Source: Massalongia carnosa (Eukaryota). From it: DNA of 64,000 nt. The stretch's first letter is position 1. Each line of letters opens with the position of its first letter. Under the pieces are notes generated by a model. It did no database searches. It saw only the letters and a program-made list of their open reading frames with translations, and had not been told where the DNA came from. A program made the position numbers and the translations under genes. The stretch spans positions 186,001 to 250,000 of the forward strand of contig OZ287084.1 of NCBI GenBank assembly GCA_965645245.1, written 5' to 3'. This document shows, in pieces, positions 48,901 through 61,487 of the stretch.

Positions 48901-51900
48901 AATCTCGAAGCGGGAAAAGAAGCTCCGTACGTAAGGAACTATAAACCCATGTCAGAACAAGAATTGGAAGCGGTTAAGAAGTACATCGACGAGCATCTGG
49001 GAAAAGGCTTCATCCGTCCAAGTTCGTCAAGCGCAGCAGCCCCCGTTCTTTTAGTTAGAAAACCAGGGGGTGGTTTAAGATTTTGCGTAGATTATAGAGC
49101 CTTAAACTCCATCACGATCAAGAACAGGTACCCAATACCGTTGATATATGAAACGTTGGGAAAACTATCACAAGCCAAGAAGTTCACAAAACTGGATGTG
49201 ATTACCGCTTTCAATCGTATGAGAATGAAGGAAGGCCACGAATGGCTCACGGCTTTCAATACCAGATATGGTCAGTTCGAATATCTGGTAATGCCATTCG
49301 GTCTCTGCAATGCTCCGGGAACCTTTCAGAGCTTCATTAACGATACAGTCAGAGAATACTTAGACGTCTTCTGCACTGCGTACTTGGACGATGTCCTAAT
49401 TTATAGCGAAAAGGAAGAAGAGCATTCCGAACAAGTGTTAAAAGTTCTAACTCGATTGAAGGAGAAAGGACTGCAAGTGGACATAGACAAATGCGAATTC
49501 TCTGTGACGGAAGTAAAGTATCTTGGATTGATAGTTACCACCGATGGAATAAAGATGGACTCGGAGAAAATCGAGGCGATTCTGAAATGGGAGACCCCAG
49601 GCTCCGTAAAAGATGTGCAAGCATTTTTAGGCTTTGCGAATTTTTATCGACGATTTATATCGAGATTTTCGCAACGGACGAGATCGTTAACAGAATTAAC
49701 AAAGGGCGAACAAATAACGACGAAATCAGGAAAGAAACGAACCAAGTATAATTCGTTCGTATGGTCTGAAGATTGTCAAAAGGCCTTCGAAGATTTAAAA
49801 ATTGCGTTCACCACCGCTCCCGTCTTAGCACATTACGATCCGGCCCTGGAAACATGGGTCGAGACTGACTCTTCAGATTTCGTCAGCGCCGGAGTACTCT
49901 CTCAAATGCACGATGGAGTACTGAAACCGGTAGCCTATTTTTCCAAGAAGATGACCCCTGCCGAGTGTAACTATATGATTTATGATAAGGAACTCCTCGC
50001 TATTGTAAAGAGCTTCGAAGTCTAGCGCCCCGAGGTTGCAAGTGCTGCTCCTGATAAACCTGTTAAAGTATACACCGATCACAAGAATTTAGAGCACTTC
50101 ATGACCACGAAGCAGCTAAACAGAAGGCAAGCCAGATGGGCCGAATTTCTTTCCGAATTTAATTTCAAGATTATGTATCGACCGGGAAAGCAAGGAGAGA
50201 AACCGGATACGCTTACTCGACGCTCTCAAGATCTCCCGAAAGGATTCGAAGATATCAGAGAGCAACATCAGTTTCAAACGCTGCTTCAAGAGCATCAACT
50301 AGATGACGATGTACGAAAAGCGTTAGCAGTCGTGTTCTGCGCAAACACAGCGGACGACGACGACGACGACGATAACAATCAAGATAATCAAAGCGAATTC
50401 ATCGAGGAAGACACAACAGGATCGGAGGAACCCAACGCAGAACCTACATCAGTGATCGACGAGACCGAGAGCTCAGTAACGAAGACTTTGGAGGAACTAA
50501 TTGAAGAAGCTTACGAAAAAGACGAACCAGTTCAAGACATAGTAGCAGCAAAGAGGAAGGAACTGAGGAAACTCCCATTGAACCTCATAAAAAGAGGAAT
50601 AAAGCTAGCAATGGGGGACCTCAAACTAGAAAACGACAAGCTGTATGTCAAAGGAAGACTATACGTACCAGATTACGAGCCATTGCAGCTACATTTACTG
50701 AAAAAGCATCACGAACCACCATTACAGGGCCATCCGGGATACAAAAGTATGTATCAGATAATGAGAGAAAATTATTTCTGGTTTGAAATGAAGGATCACT
50801 GCAAGAGATACGCAGTTAACTGCTCCGTATGCCGAAGATCAAAAGCATACAACGACAAGAAGCAAGGCCTGCTGAATCCTCTTCCCATTCCAAATAGAAA
50901 ATGGATGGACGTGTCATTGGACTTCGTCGAATTCCTTCCAGAATGCCGAAGACGAAACAGAGTCTATCAACACATATTAGTGATAGTAGATCGTTTAACG
51001 AAAAGACGATTATACGAACCACTAACCTCTCTCTCTACTGATGAACTGATGGATGCGTTGTCCAGGAGATTATTCTCCTCTTACGGATTTCCTATATCAA
51101 CAGTCAACGATCGCGGTAGTCAACTAACCGCTCACTTATGGAAAAGAGTTTGCGAAAGATACGGGGTGAGAATCAAATTTTCATCTGCACATCATCCCGA
51201 AACAGACGGTCAAACCGAAAACGCCAACAAGGTAATGAAAAATTATCTCCGAGCATACGTCAATTACACACAAGACAACTGGGTGGATTATCTTTCAGAC
51301 GCAGAGTTTGCCGCCAACAATCATGTAAATGTATCAACGGGAATGACTCCATTCTTCGCAGACCATGGCTTCCACCCACGCTGTGGCATCGAACCACCAG
51401 GCACATACGAAGGAAAAGGAATAGCAGAGATACTGCATGCTGACAAAATCATAGAACGGCAAGAAGCCATGCGAACCCGGCTCCGAGATCAATTAGCCTG
51501 GGCTCAGGAAGAACAAACACGACACGCAAACAAAGGCCGTCAACCTCACCCCGAATACAAAATCGGGGACATGGTTTATGTAAACGCCAAACACTTTGCT
51601 TCAGAAAGACCCAGCAGATCATTAAGCTTCAAGAACATAGGACCATGGAAGATAATAAGAATTATCGACAATAAAGCATACGAATTAGAGATCCCGGATC
51701 AGTTAAAGAACGTCGGGCTTACCCCCATCTTTCATCCGTGGAAGCTACATCTCGCACCTTCCAACCCATTCCTAGGACAAGTCTTACCGCCTGGACCGCC
51801 CATAGCCATAACCGAAAACGACGAAGAGGAGGCCCACGAAGAATGGGAAGTCCTCGAAATAATAGACTTCCGCGAAACAAGAAAGTTCGGCGTGCAGTAC

Positions 51901-52349
51901 AAAGCAACCTTCATTGGAAATTGGGATGAATGGAACGCGAACCCTTACTGGCAACCATGGACAGACTTCAAGAATTCAAAGGACAAAATCCTCCAATACC
52001 ATCGAGAACATCCACAGAAACCCAAACCACCAGATGATCTAACAAAAATAGATGATCAAGAATCAGGCTAGCTGGCAGGGCGCCTGCCACTTAGCGCTTC
52101 GGAGACCTCGCCAATAGAAGGGGGGGATAGTGTCAGGGTCCTAGCCTGACATAAGGCTGAGATAGAAGGGGGGATCACGGGAGCACGCGAGGCTAGCGCG
52201 ACACTGGGTGCAGATATTTCTAGCGAGTCACGCACAATAATTCTTTTCTTCTTTTGTAGATAAATTTTAGTTTAATAGCGGTTGATTAGAATCGACGACA
52301 GCTTCCTTACAACCTGTCCTCCCGACCAAAAGGCAGAATACTTAGTCAT
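45967..52349 (-). mobile_element. Truncated LTR family D copy hosting Gypsy 2
   Basis: TGTGACGAAGCG..CGCCACCTG | Gypsy 2 | ACCTGTCCTCCCGACCAAAAGG..TACTTAGTC, after which homology stops. Confidence 0.8.
46014..52311 (+). mobile_element. Full-length chromovirus Ty3/Gypsy element 2
   Basis: Identical 181-bp LTRs 46014-46194 and 52131-52311, TSD ACCTG, PPT AGAAGGGGGGGATAG. Gag (1-bp frameshift before CWACRGSGH), LIDNGS protease, YLDD RT, RNase H with a TGG>TAG stop at 50023, integrase, chromodomain. Confidence 0.98.
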
Positions 52350-52707
52350 CAATCGGTGTACTAGTCGTGAATTCGATTCCTGACCTGAGTTCCTCGCTTT
52401 TTCGCCTCGCTTCGACGGACTGAAGCTAGGACGAATCGGGAAAGCGTTGGATGAAAACTCTCTAAGTCCGCTAAGAACAGCCCATTCTTCGGGGCTTACT
52501 ATAACTGGAAGCGGCTAGGGGCTAGCCGCAGCTAGACGGGCGGTAGTGTAACGGTTCGACCATGCGTGGTGCGGACGGCAGGACCTACAGCGAACATAGC
52601 AGGAGTCCCAGTTATAGTAGAATAGAGCTTGGTCTGCGAACTAAGTATTGTGCCTTTTAGTCGGGGGCGCAATGGTAGAAATCTATTCACTATCTCGCTT
52701 CGTCACA
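52350..52707 (+). mobile_element. 3' end (PPT plus 3' LTR 52547-52707) of a family-D LTR element
   Basis: AGACGGGCGGTAG precedes TGTAACGG...CGTCACA; inverted relative to the copy at 45967. Confidence 0.75.
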
Positions 52708-52789
52708 CTTACCGCATCAATCGACATATTTTTCTAGAAAAATATCTACTTTCCTCCGCAGCACGCCTCTGAAGTCGAATGATCTTCAT

Positions 52790-54026
52790 TCAAATATCTG
52801 GTATATCTAGAATCTCCGTGTCCTCATCATCAGGTTCGAGCGTCAAATTACCGAGACCGAAGTCAAGCAGCCTCTTTACCGTACTATCTCTGAACACTGA
52901 CAAAATTACTTCCCGCTTCTTCGAATTCTTGATTGTGGATGTTGAAGGAGATGAAGCGATTGCTGCGCGAATAATGTATCTGATAAATGAGATGATCTCA
53001 GATGCTTGCCCTCTCTGCCATTCCAAGAGAAAGCTGCTTGATACCTATGTTCAAATAATCAATAATAGTCACCCAGCATTGATGCTGCATGCTAGGACAT
53101 CATACCACTCCATCACCGTCAATTCTCCAAAACCGGAACTGATCACCGTCGGTGGAAATCCCGTAAACTACTACATTGCGCCTCCGCTCCTCAAGTCGGG
53201 TTTTTTGCACTATCCCTGTCAAACGTTAGAGTCGGACTCTATCACTTCAACGAATATTTATTCCATACCCATGTATGCTACCACTTGCGCGTCGGCCTCC
53301 CCTGTTATTCGACGTCTTTTTGCTTCTACAACAACAAGGTTTGCACCATAACTTGCGGACTGATCGTACCACAGAGTGTAATCAGCAATACCGCTGAGCA
53401 TTCGAGCCTCGTTTTTGTATTTCACACGAAACTTCAACTCCGTTTCGAAGCGAAGAGTCAACTGAGCTGGCTCAGGCTCATTGTAAGGGATTGTTGGGGG
53501 CGTATGGGGGACTGTGAACGGTTCGCTCTGGGTTGTGGCTGTTGTAAGACGTCTCTCGTCTCCAACACAAAAGACAAGAATGTTGTTTAAAAAGCAACGA
53601 GCGTAGGCCTCGTTCATGGGTGCTCCGCTGGTCACGAATTCAATTTCTTTCTGAATGATTTCTACAATAATATCAGCAGGAGCTTTACAGCCAGATAAGG
53701 GAGCTATATTACCAAGTGCAGCAGGAGGTTCAAAAAGCTCGTACGAAGCTAGTGACCATGATGAATCCCTGTTATCCTCTGTGAAGCCAAAAATCTTCAA
53801 GACCTCTTGAAAATCGAGGCTGCTGGCCGGAAGCTAATGGAGTTACGATTAGACTCTGACTGATATCCCATCCACAGATCAACGGGGGACTGACAACTGT
53901 AACAGTCTCCTCCACCATCAAAATATGTGCTTTAAGAGACTGTAGACCAAGAGAAGGGTCTTGATTGGCGAGAAGATTGCGTTGCAGCCAGTCTACTGTC
54001 ACTGATTTGGGCTTCGGCGGTGCCAT
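52790..54026 (-). CDS. PD-(D/E)xK restriction-endonuclease-like protein, 4 exons
   Basis: Introns 53894-53834, 53268-53216 and one near 53105-53045 give an open frame with SGIADY ... VVVEAK ... AQVVAYM ... YGISTDGDQFRF. Confidence 0.75.
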
Positions 54027-54444
54027 CTTCGGCTATAAGGTTTGACTAGAAGTTGAGGAAAGGATGCGGGGGTCAAGGAACAAAGATTCGTGTGGAGTAG
54101 AAGACTGGGAACAAAATCCGAGTTACACTCGTTGAGGCTAGTTCAATGCTCCTCTGATTCTTACTTTGCGGATATAAGATAGGTTTGAGGTAAACCTAGG
54201 GTATGATTTCAAGCGAAAACGAACCCATTCGAATTATTTTGAATAACTATGATGATGATGATAATTCTTATTCCATGTGGTACCGAATGCCGACCCACGC
54301 GGGCAAGTCTATGGGATTATATAATACATGGAAAACCTTTCGAGGAAGAAAAATCAAGTAATCCGATTAATCAAGTAATCTGTCAGGGGACTAAGGGTCA
54401 TATGACCCGCCATAAGTCACATGATCCACGAACCTATTAGATAT

Positions 54445-56615
54445 CCCTCTCGCTGCTACCCAAGCACCCCCCCCCCTAAGCTAACCATTATTAGCTAGCT
54501 TCCGCATTTAGCAAATCTGAATTAGTCATGCGAACATCAATTTTTTCTTGACTGTTTACCTTTCAAATGAACTTCATTGAACCTCATTCAATAAATTTAG
54601 ACCTCGTCAATTGCTGTTTTTCTATATACGGGATTTTTACTGTGATTATGGGGCTCAACGAAGAAGAAATCCCGAGTGTTTCAGACAAATCGCCAAAACA
54701 AATCGCCAATCTCAGCGAAGCAGCATAAATTAAATCGCAAAAGAGGTGTCCAAAACACTACTTCCTCTAAATATACCCCTATTCGTGTTATCAACAGGCC
54801 TTTTGTTCCATTAATTGAAGACATTGCTCGAAGTCCTCTGGAATTATTTCAGTTGTTTATAACAAGGCAGCATTGTCGCATCATCGCATATCATACCAAT
54901 ATCAAAGCACACGGCTACATGGAGAAGGAGAAGGAGAATAATCATCGAAATTGGACTGATACTACTGGCTCGGAAATAGAGGTGTTTTTGGGCATAATAC
55001 TTCTTATGGGTCTCGATCGTATACCTGCTACAGAAGATTATTGGAATCAGCGCCCGGACAAGCCAGTCATCATGCCTATTCAGTCCGCTATGTCGCTTTA
55101 TCGATTTCAACAAATCAAGCGATTTTTGAAACTCAACAATAGACGAACAGAGCCTCCGGGACTGGGCAAAGGACCTGATTGGTGGAAGAAACTAGAACCG
55201 TTGGCCACTGATTTTCGAAAGGCCTCGTTGAAACATTGCATACCAGGAAGCAATATTTCTATAGATGAACAACTGGTGCTATTTAAAGGCCGATCTCGAT
55301 ACACCATGCAAATCGCTACTAAAAGTGCTCACAAAGGATTTAAAATCTACAGCCTCTGTCAGGATAATTATTTGTTGTCGTTTTTGTTTGCCTCCAAGAC
55401 TAGCAAAATAAGTCAATTGAAAACAGCTAAACAATTGGGATTTTTGATGAAGGATGGACTAACTGTCAGTGCTTTGGTTGTGATTCAGTTATGTAAAGAA
55501 CTTCCATCCTTTCTAGATTATCATCTTTTCTGTGATAATTTCTTTACTAGCATGAAGTTATTCAAGGCACTTCAATCAATCGGAATAGCTGCTAGCGGGA
55601 CTGCTAAAAAGGGCTCAGGTTTTCCAGAAGAATTGTTGGCCATACGGGACGTCACCTCAAAAGGAAAAGACTGGGGCCTGCAAGCACATATGGTGGTCGA
55701 TGATGAGGTGCTTTGTATGGGCTGGGTGGATAATAATGGTGTGCAGTACATGACCACCGGCCACACTCCCCAGGACCTGAACGAAATACACTATATAAAT
55801 CCATACAAAAGGCATGGAATTCCTGAGACCTCACTTCAACCGATTGTACCATATTTCCCATCAACTCTGGCTCACTTCTCTCCTTCGCCCAATCAAGCGG
55901 TCCAATGGCCCCTTGGATTACCAATACCAGCCCCAATCAGAGAATATAACCTCTATATGGGAGGGTCGGATGGAAACGCTCAGCAACGAGCGGTTTATTC
56001 ATACGATCGTCGTACGGATCGTTACTGGTGGCCTTTATTCATTTTTATATTGGATGCAGTCGGACTGAACGCGTTTAAACTTTACTCGATGAAGTCTTTC
56101 CACCTCGAGGAAAAAAAGCTTACTCGTTCCAAGTTTCTTCGTCAGATTGCCCTCGAGTTGGTGTCAAATCAAGCGGGCATCAGGCCCGTTCCACCAAAGG
56201 TAAGCATTAACACCGCGATTGATGCTTTAGTAGCACCTCCCGCTCATCATTACGTTTGTCTTGAAAGAAAACAAAGATGTATGCATTGTAAAGTCAATAA
56301 AACACGACCTTCAAAGCGAAAGGGACAGCCACTGGCTGAAAGAGATGTTAATGGGCGAATAAAAAGGCGAAGAGGTGCTCAGACTATATGGGCTTGTGGA
56401 GGATGTCATCCAATCAGGCCCTGCTGTAGAAAAGCCAATTGTTGGGAAGCTATTCATATGAATTGGGACGAGTAAATGATATAGCTATAAATTTGAACTT
56501 TTTGTAAATAGGGGTAATCAGGTTCACATTGATTGGTCAGATAATTAAGATTTAGCGCTTCTTAACCAATAATGGTTAGCTTGGGGGGGAGGTGCTTGGG
56601 TAACAGCGAGAGGGG
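54445..56615 (+). mobile_element. piggyBac transposon with ATAT target duplication (transposase 54676-56475)
   Basis: About 48-bp TIRs CCCTCTCGCTG(C/T)TACCCAAGCACC..AAGCTAACCATTATT; ATAT at 54441-54444 and 56616-56619; DDD triad SIDEQ, CDNFF, GGSD; C-terminal Cys-rich domain. Confidence 0.93.
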
Positions 56616-56681
56616 ATATCCCTCAGTTAGCTAGCCTAGACCTCCCATATATCAATACACACCACTCCTTTTCACCCATAT

Positions 56682-56862
56682 TGTAAGGAAGCTGTCGTCG
56701 ATTCTAATCAACCGCTATTAAACTAAAATTTATCTACAAAAGAAGAAAAGAATCATTGTGCGCGACTCGCTAGAAATATCTGCACCGAGTGTCACGCTAG
56801 CCTCGCGTACTCGCGTGCTCCCCCCTTCCATCTCAGCCTTATGTCAGGCTAGGACCCTGACA
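56682..56862 (-). mobile_element. Solo LTR of Gypsy 2 family
   Basis: Reverse complement of 46014-46194 with several substitutions; TSD CATAT. Confidence 0.95.
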
Positions 56863-56867
56863 CATAT

Positions 56868-56986
56868 TGTTAAATAAACAGTTGACGGCATAATGTTGAA
56901 ATTACTACGGAGGTGACTGCTTATAGCAGTCATGGCAGCCTGCAGGGCTGAGCTAGAACTAATGGGGCTAAGCGAGTATTCCAACA
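56868..56986 (-). mobile_element. Copia A family LTR without matching TSD
   Basis: Reverse complement of 4144-4262; flanks CATAT / GAAAC differ. Confidence 0.9.
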
Positions 56987-59900
56987 GAAACAAAACAACA
57001 TCCAAAGCCGCCTGGGACGCTCTAAAGAAGGTCCATGGAGTCCACGCCAGAGGAAGAATCAACTATTTATTGAAGCAATTCTATACATACAAGGCTGGAT
57101 CCAGCGACTCCATCGATGATATAGCAGGGGCCCTTGAGACCTTACGAGTCCAGATTGCGGACATAAAATCGGAGTTTGAGCCTCACGATGCGTTGATGGC
57201 CATAGCCCTGATGAGTGCCGTGGAGGACCCTGCATTTGATACAACAAAGCTTTTATTGGAACGGAAACCCGAGCTTACCTTGGAAGCAACTAAGGAGGCC
57301 TTGAAAGCGACGGAGCAGCGACTAAAATTCGAAAAGCATGACTCTGTCGAGGATGCCCATCGAGCGGATGCAAAAAAGGGTAAAGAGCCACCAAAGAAGT
57401 GCGACCATTGCGGGAAACTTGGACATATCCGAATCTATTGCTGGAGCTGGCTCGATGACACCGACGAAGGCCAGGAATGGGAACGCACCCATCCTGAGCA
57501 ACGCAGGAAACCGAAGTCCAAATCCGAAACATCAAAACCTGAACCCAAATTGAAATCACGGAGAAGCACTAGGCCTCCCTCCACGAGCAATACCAGTTCT
57601 TCCAACTTCTGTGGCCGAAGCAAAGGTACTGCCCGGCCGGCCAATGAAGAGGACTTTGACGATGGTGCCAGTGAGGATGAGGGGTGGATGGCCGTGGATA
57701 TAAAAGAGGAGGTTATTGATGAGAAAGTTGAAAAATTAGAAGAAAGTTTTGAAGTCCGTGAAGGTGCGGAGGATAAAACTAGTGGCTGGATGCTAGACTC
57801 TGGTGCTTCACGTCATATGATCTAATATGATCTATATGCGAAATATCTTCACGAAATTGAATACCACCGCAGCCCAATTCGAATTGCTAATGGCCAGAGG
57901 CTTTGGAGCAAGGGTAAGGGTGATATTTCTGTGGATATCGATGGTGTTGCCATTCGCATGACCGACGTTTTATACGTACCCCAACTGGATGCAAATCTAC
58001 TGTCTATTTCGGCATTAAACAAAAAGGGGTTAAATGTCTTGTTTAATGGAAAAGGTGTAGAGATCCTGCGGAAGGGTACCTCAGTGGCCAGCGGTTTTCT
58101 TAGAGGACGTACGTATTTCTTGCGGACTTCTCAGGTTGCCTTAAAGGCATACGCGGAAATCAGCGAAAACATCGAGGAAGCCAACCCTGAAGATCCTAAA
58201 TCGTCGAACAAGCCTACAATAACAGCAAGAGATTGTACGCGAGGAAAATCGGTATCACCTGTAGGTCAAGAAAGGCCAGGAGGGCGTGAATACAGGCTGT
58301 GGCACGCCCGAATGGGTCACCCCAGCCCAAAACGACTCCACTATTTACAGCGCTATGCGTCTGGAATAAATTCCTTTTCACCAACTGTTACACAACTTTC
58401 ATGTTCTATCAGCAACTTTACCAAGTTAACTCGAGTGGTCAGTCGTGAGCCGTTTTCGAAAACAGTCCGGCCATTGGCCAGGATTCACACGGATATCTGG
58501 GGCCCCTATCGTACGGCTAGCCTCGGAGGCCATTCGTACTTTATTTCATTGATTGATGACTTTACACGGAAGTCCTGGCTAATTCTCCTTAAAAACCAAC
58601 GGACCATTTATGGAGCTATCAAAGAATGGATCGATGTCGTTGAAAGAGAAAAGAATCAGCAGGTAATCAAATTCCGATGCGACAATGCTAAGAAGTACAA
58701 GAAATTCATGGAACTTATTCGACCCGATGGCATTCGCGCTGAACCCACTACACCGTATACTCCAGAACAGAATGGAGTTGCGGAACGATATAACCGAACA
58801 ATCGTTCAAATGATTAGGTCCATGCTCGTATGGGCGAAATTGCCTCATTCCTTCTGGGGAGAAGCAGCAATGACTGCTAACTATCTCAGAAACCTCCTTC
58901 CTACCGCCAAAGTTAACCAGTCACCTGAAGAAAAATGGACAGAGCAAAAACCGGACATCATCCATCTACGCACCTTTGGCTGCTTGGTTCACGTTCATAT
59001 CCCGAAGGAAAATCGATCCAAGCTGGAAAAATTATCCTGGCAAGGACTTTTCGTCGGATATCACTCTTCAAACCAATATCGCATTTATAATCCAAAAACG
59101 AGCAAGGTAGGATGGCATACTTCAATTAAGTTCCTAGAAAATACACCTGGCGGGATCATTCTAGGAGGAGCAAAACCAAATGAGGATCGCGAGTCATTCG
59201 TACAGTCCGGCGTCACTATTGATGCTGACGACAATAGTACAGATAACGAGGATGACACAAATAAACCTGATTCTGATCAAGTGGGAGCGCCTGAGGATGT
59301 TCAAAATCAGGTTAGAGACGAAATTCAGGAGGGGATTCAGGATCAAATCCTAAAAATCAGCAAGGCATCACTGATTCATCCCCTAATGCTTATCAGCGAC
59401 CAGATGATTCAACATTCCGGTCGCAAAATCATAATCGAAACTCTTCCGCTCCTACGAACCCTTCCACTTCCGTATCTTCATCAACCATCAATCCTTCTTC
59501 TTCCACTATACAAACCTCTACTAATAAGCCTACTCGTCGATCAACGCGGGAGCGAAAGCCGTTCGATAAGTACGGCCAAGGCCCGCCTAGTTGCACGAGG
59601 ATATACACAAATATTCGGCCTAGATTACGAGGAGACCTTTTCACCCACACTCCGTCAGGAATCTTTGCGGATGCTTTTGTCGCTCGCAGCATATTTCGGG
59701 TTTGAAATCGAGCAAATGGATGTTCCGAATGCCTATCTTAAAGCGGATCTAGAAGAAATTATTTACATGGAGATGCCCGAAGGCCTCACGCCACCGCCAG
59801 GCTATGAAGACTGCGTATTACGACTACGGAAGGGCCTTTACGGATTGAAGCAATCCGGACGAGAGTGGAACAAAAGAATATCTAAATTCCTGCGTTCTAT

Positions 59901-61447
59901 TAACTATAAGACCCTCACAGGCGATAATTGCGTCTTTGTCAACCAAACCTCGCACGTAATCATTGCGTTGTACGTAGATGATTTACTAATTTTCTCAAAG
60001 AGCACGACAGCGATCAAAGATGTCAAAAAGCTATTAAATCGTGAGTACAAAATGAAAGACCTAGGGCCAGCACAGTACGTGTTGAGTATTCGCATTCGAC
60101 GTGAAGGTAAACGGGTTTTCCTCGATCAATCCAACTACATCAAGAACTTCCTTCGCGATTACCAGATGGATAACGCCAATCCAGTACTAACACCATTAGA
60201 CGGGAAAGAAAGCCTTACACCTGCAACGGCTGACGAACCCAGAACCAATCAATTAGAATATCAGAAGCGTATTGGCAGTGTCATGTACGCTATGGTAAGC
60301 ACGAGGCCAGACCTCGCTTTTGCAGTTGGAAAATTCAGTCGGTACACGCATGATCCAGCCACGAGGCACCGAACAGCTCTTGACCGAGTCCATATTATCT
60401 CAAAGGGACAGCCGTCCTAGCCCTCGTATACGACCATAACCGTAACGGTGATCTCATTAGCTTTGCGGATGCCGCATACGGCGATGACGTCAATGACCGC
60501 AAGTCAACCTACGGGCATACAAATGTTATTGGGCAATGGGGCAGTGATTTGGGCAAGCAAGAAGCGACGATCAGTGGTTACGTCAACAATGGAGGCAGAA
60601 TATTCATCCATGTGCCAAGCAGGCAAGGATATCGTATGGGTGACTAGGTGGATGAATGAATTGGGATTCGGCGAGCATATGAACTTCCCGATCAAGCTGA
60701 ACGGTGATAATCAGGGAACCCTCGACTTGATCAGAAACCCCGAGCATCATAGCCAATCAAAACACATAGACATCCAACTCCACTACCTTCGCGAAGTCAT
60801 CAACGATGGCTATGCTTCAACTGGTCACGTATCCACACACGAGATGATAGCTGATATATTCACCAAGCCCTTGGGAGCAACCATGTTCAAAGAACTACGA
60901 GCCAAGCTTGGTGTGCAAGAGGTGGAATAAGAAAAGGGGAACACAGGCTCAGTGGGAGCTAATGGACCAAATCAGATTGCACACAACAGGTCCAAACCAA
61001 ATTCAAATTGCATACGGAAGAGGTGAATTGACATAGATTGATAACCGGTTTAGGAGTTAGGGATACAGGTATTTTTTCTGTTAAAATTTCTCAGCTGACT
61101 TTTGCATTGGGAGTGTTGCGAATGGCAAGCCAGCTGGATCATATCTGACGTAATACGCGAATGCCTTCGCGTATTTTACTGATATGGGAATAGTTACATC
61201 TGAGAATTTTTGGTATCTTCGATGCTTGGAAATTCAGGTCTATAGACGTTCGAGGAGAATCTCGAATTATTCTGTGATCAACATGTATATAGCATCACTC
61301 CTACGCATAGCCTAGAAATCAGTCGCAATAATTTGAATTATTTCATTCATAAGGAGTTCTGTACTATCCAGAGACTTCTGGCACTCTGCCACCTATTTTC
61401 TGTGCATTGGGTCCATCATTCTCCATCCATCCCTCCTATTTTCAACA
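56987..61447 (+). mobile_element. Ty1/Copia element C (5' truncated; gag-PR-IN-RT-RH plus 3' LTR 61114-61447)
   Basis: CDHCGKLGHIRIYC knuckle, WMLDSGASRH, WHARMGH, HTDIWGP, PEQNGVAER, KARLVARG, YVDD, SKHIDI..ADIFTKPL. TTGGGAG precedes the TG..CA LTR. Frameshifts and a deletion near 59580. Confidence 0.95.
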
Positions 61448-61487
61448 GCTAGAATCTCTTCTTATTATATATGTTTAAATAACTTGT

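Noticed and set aside
56932..56990. Shared N-terminus MAACRAELELMGLSEYSN on several ORFs (21854, 32130, 56932)
   Set aside because: Antisense reading of the 119-bp LTR, not a conserved protein domain.
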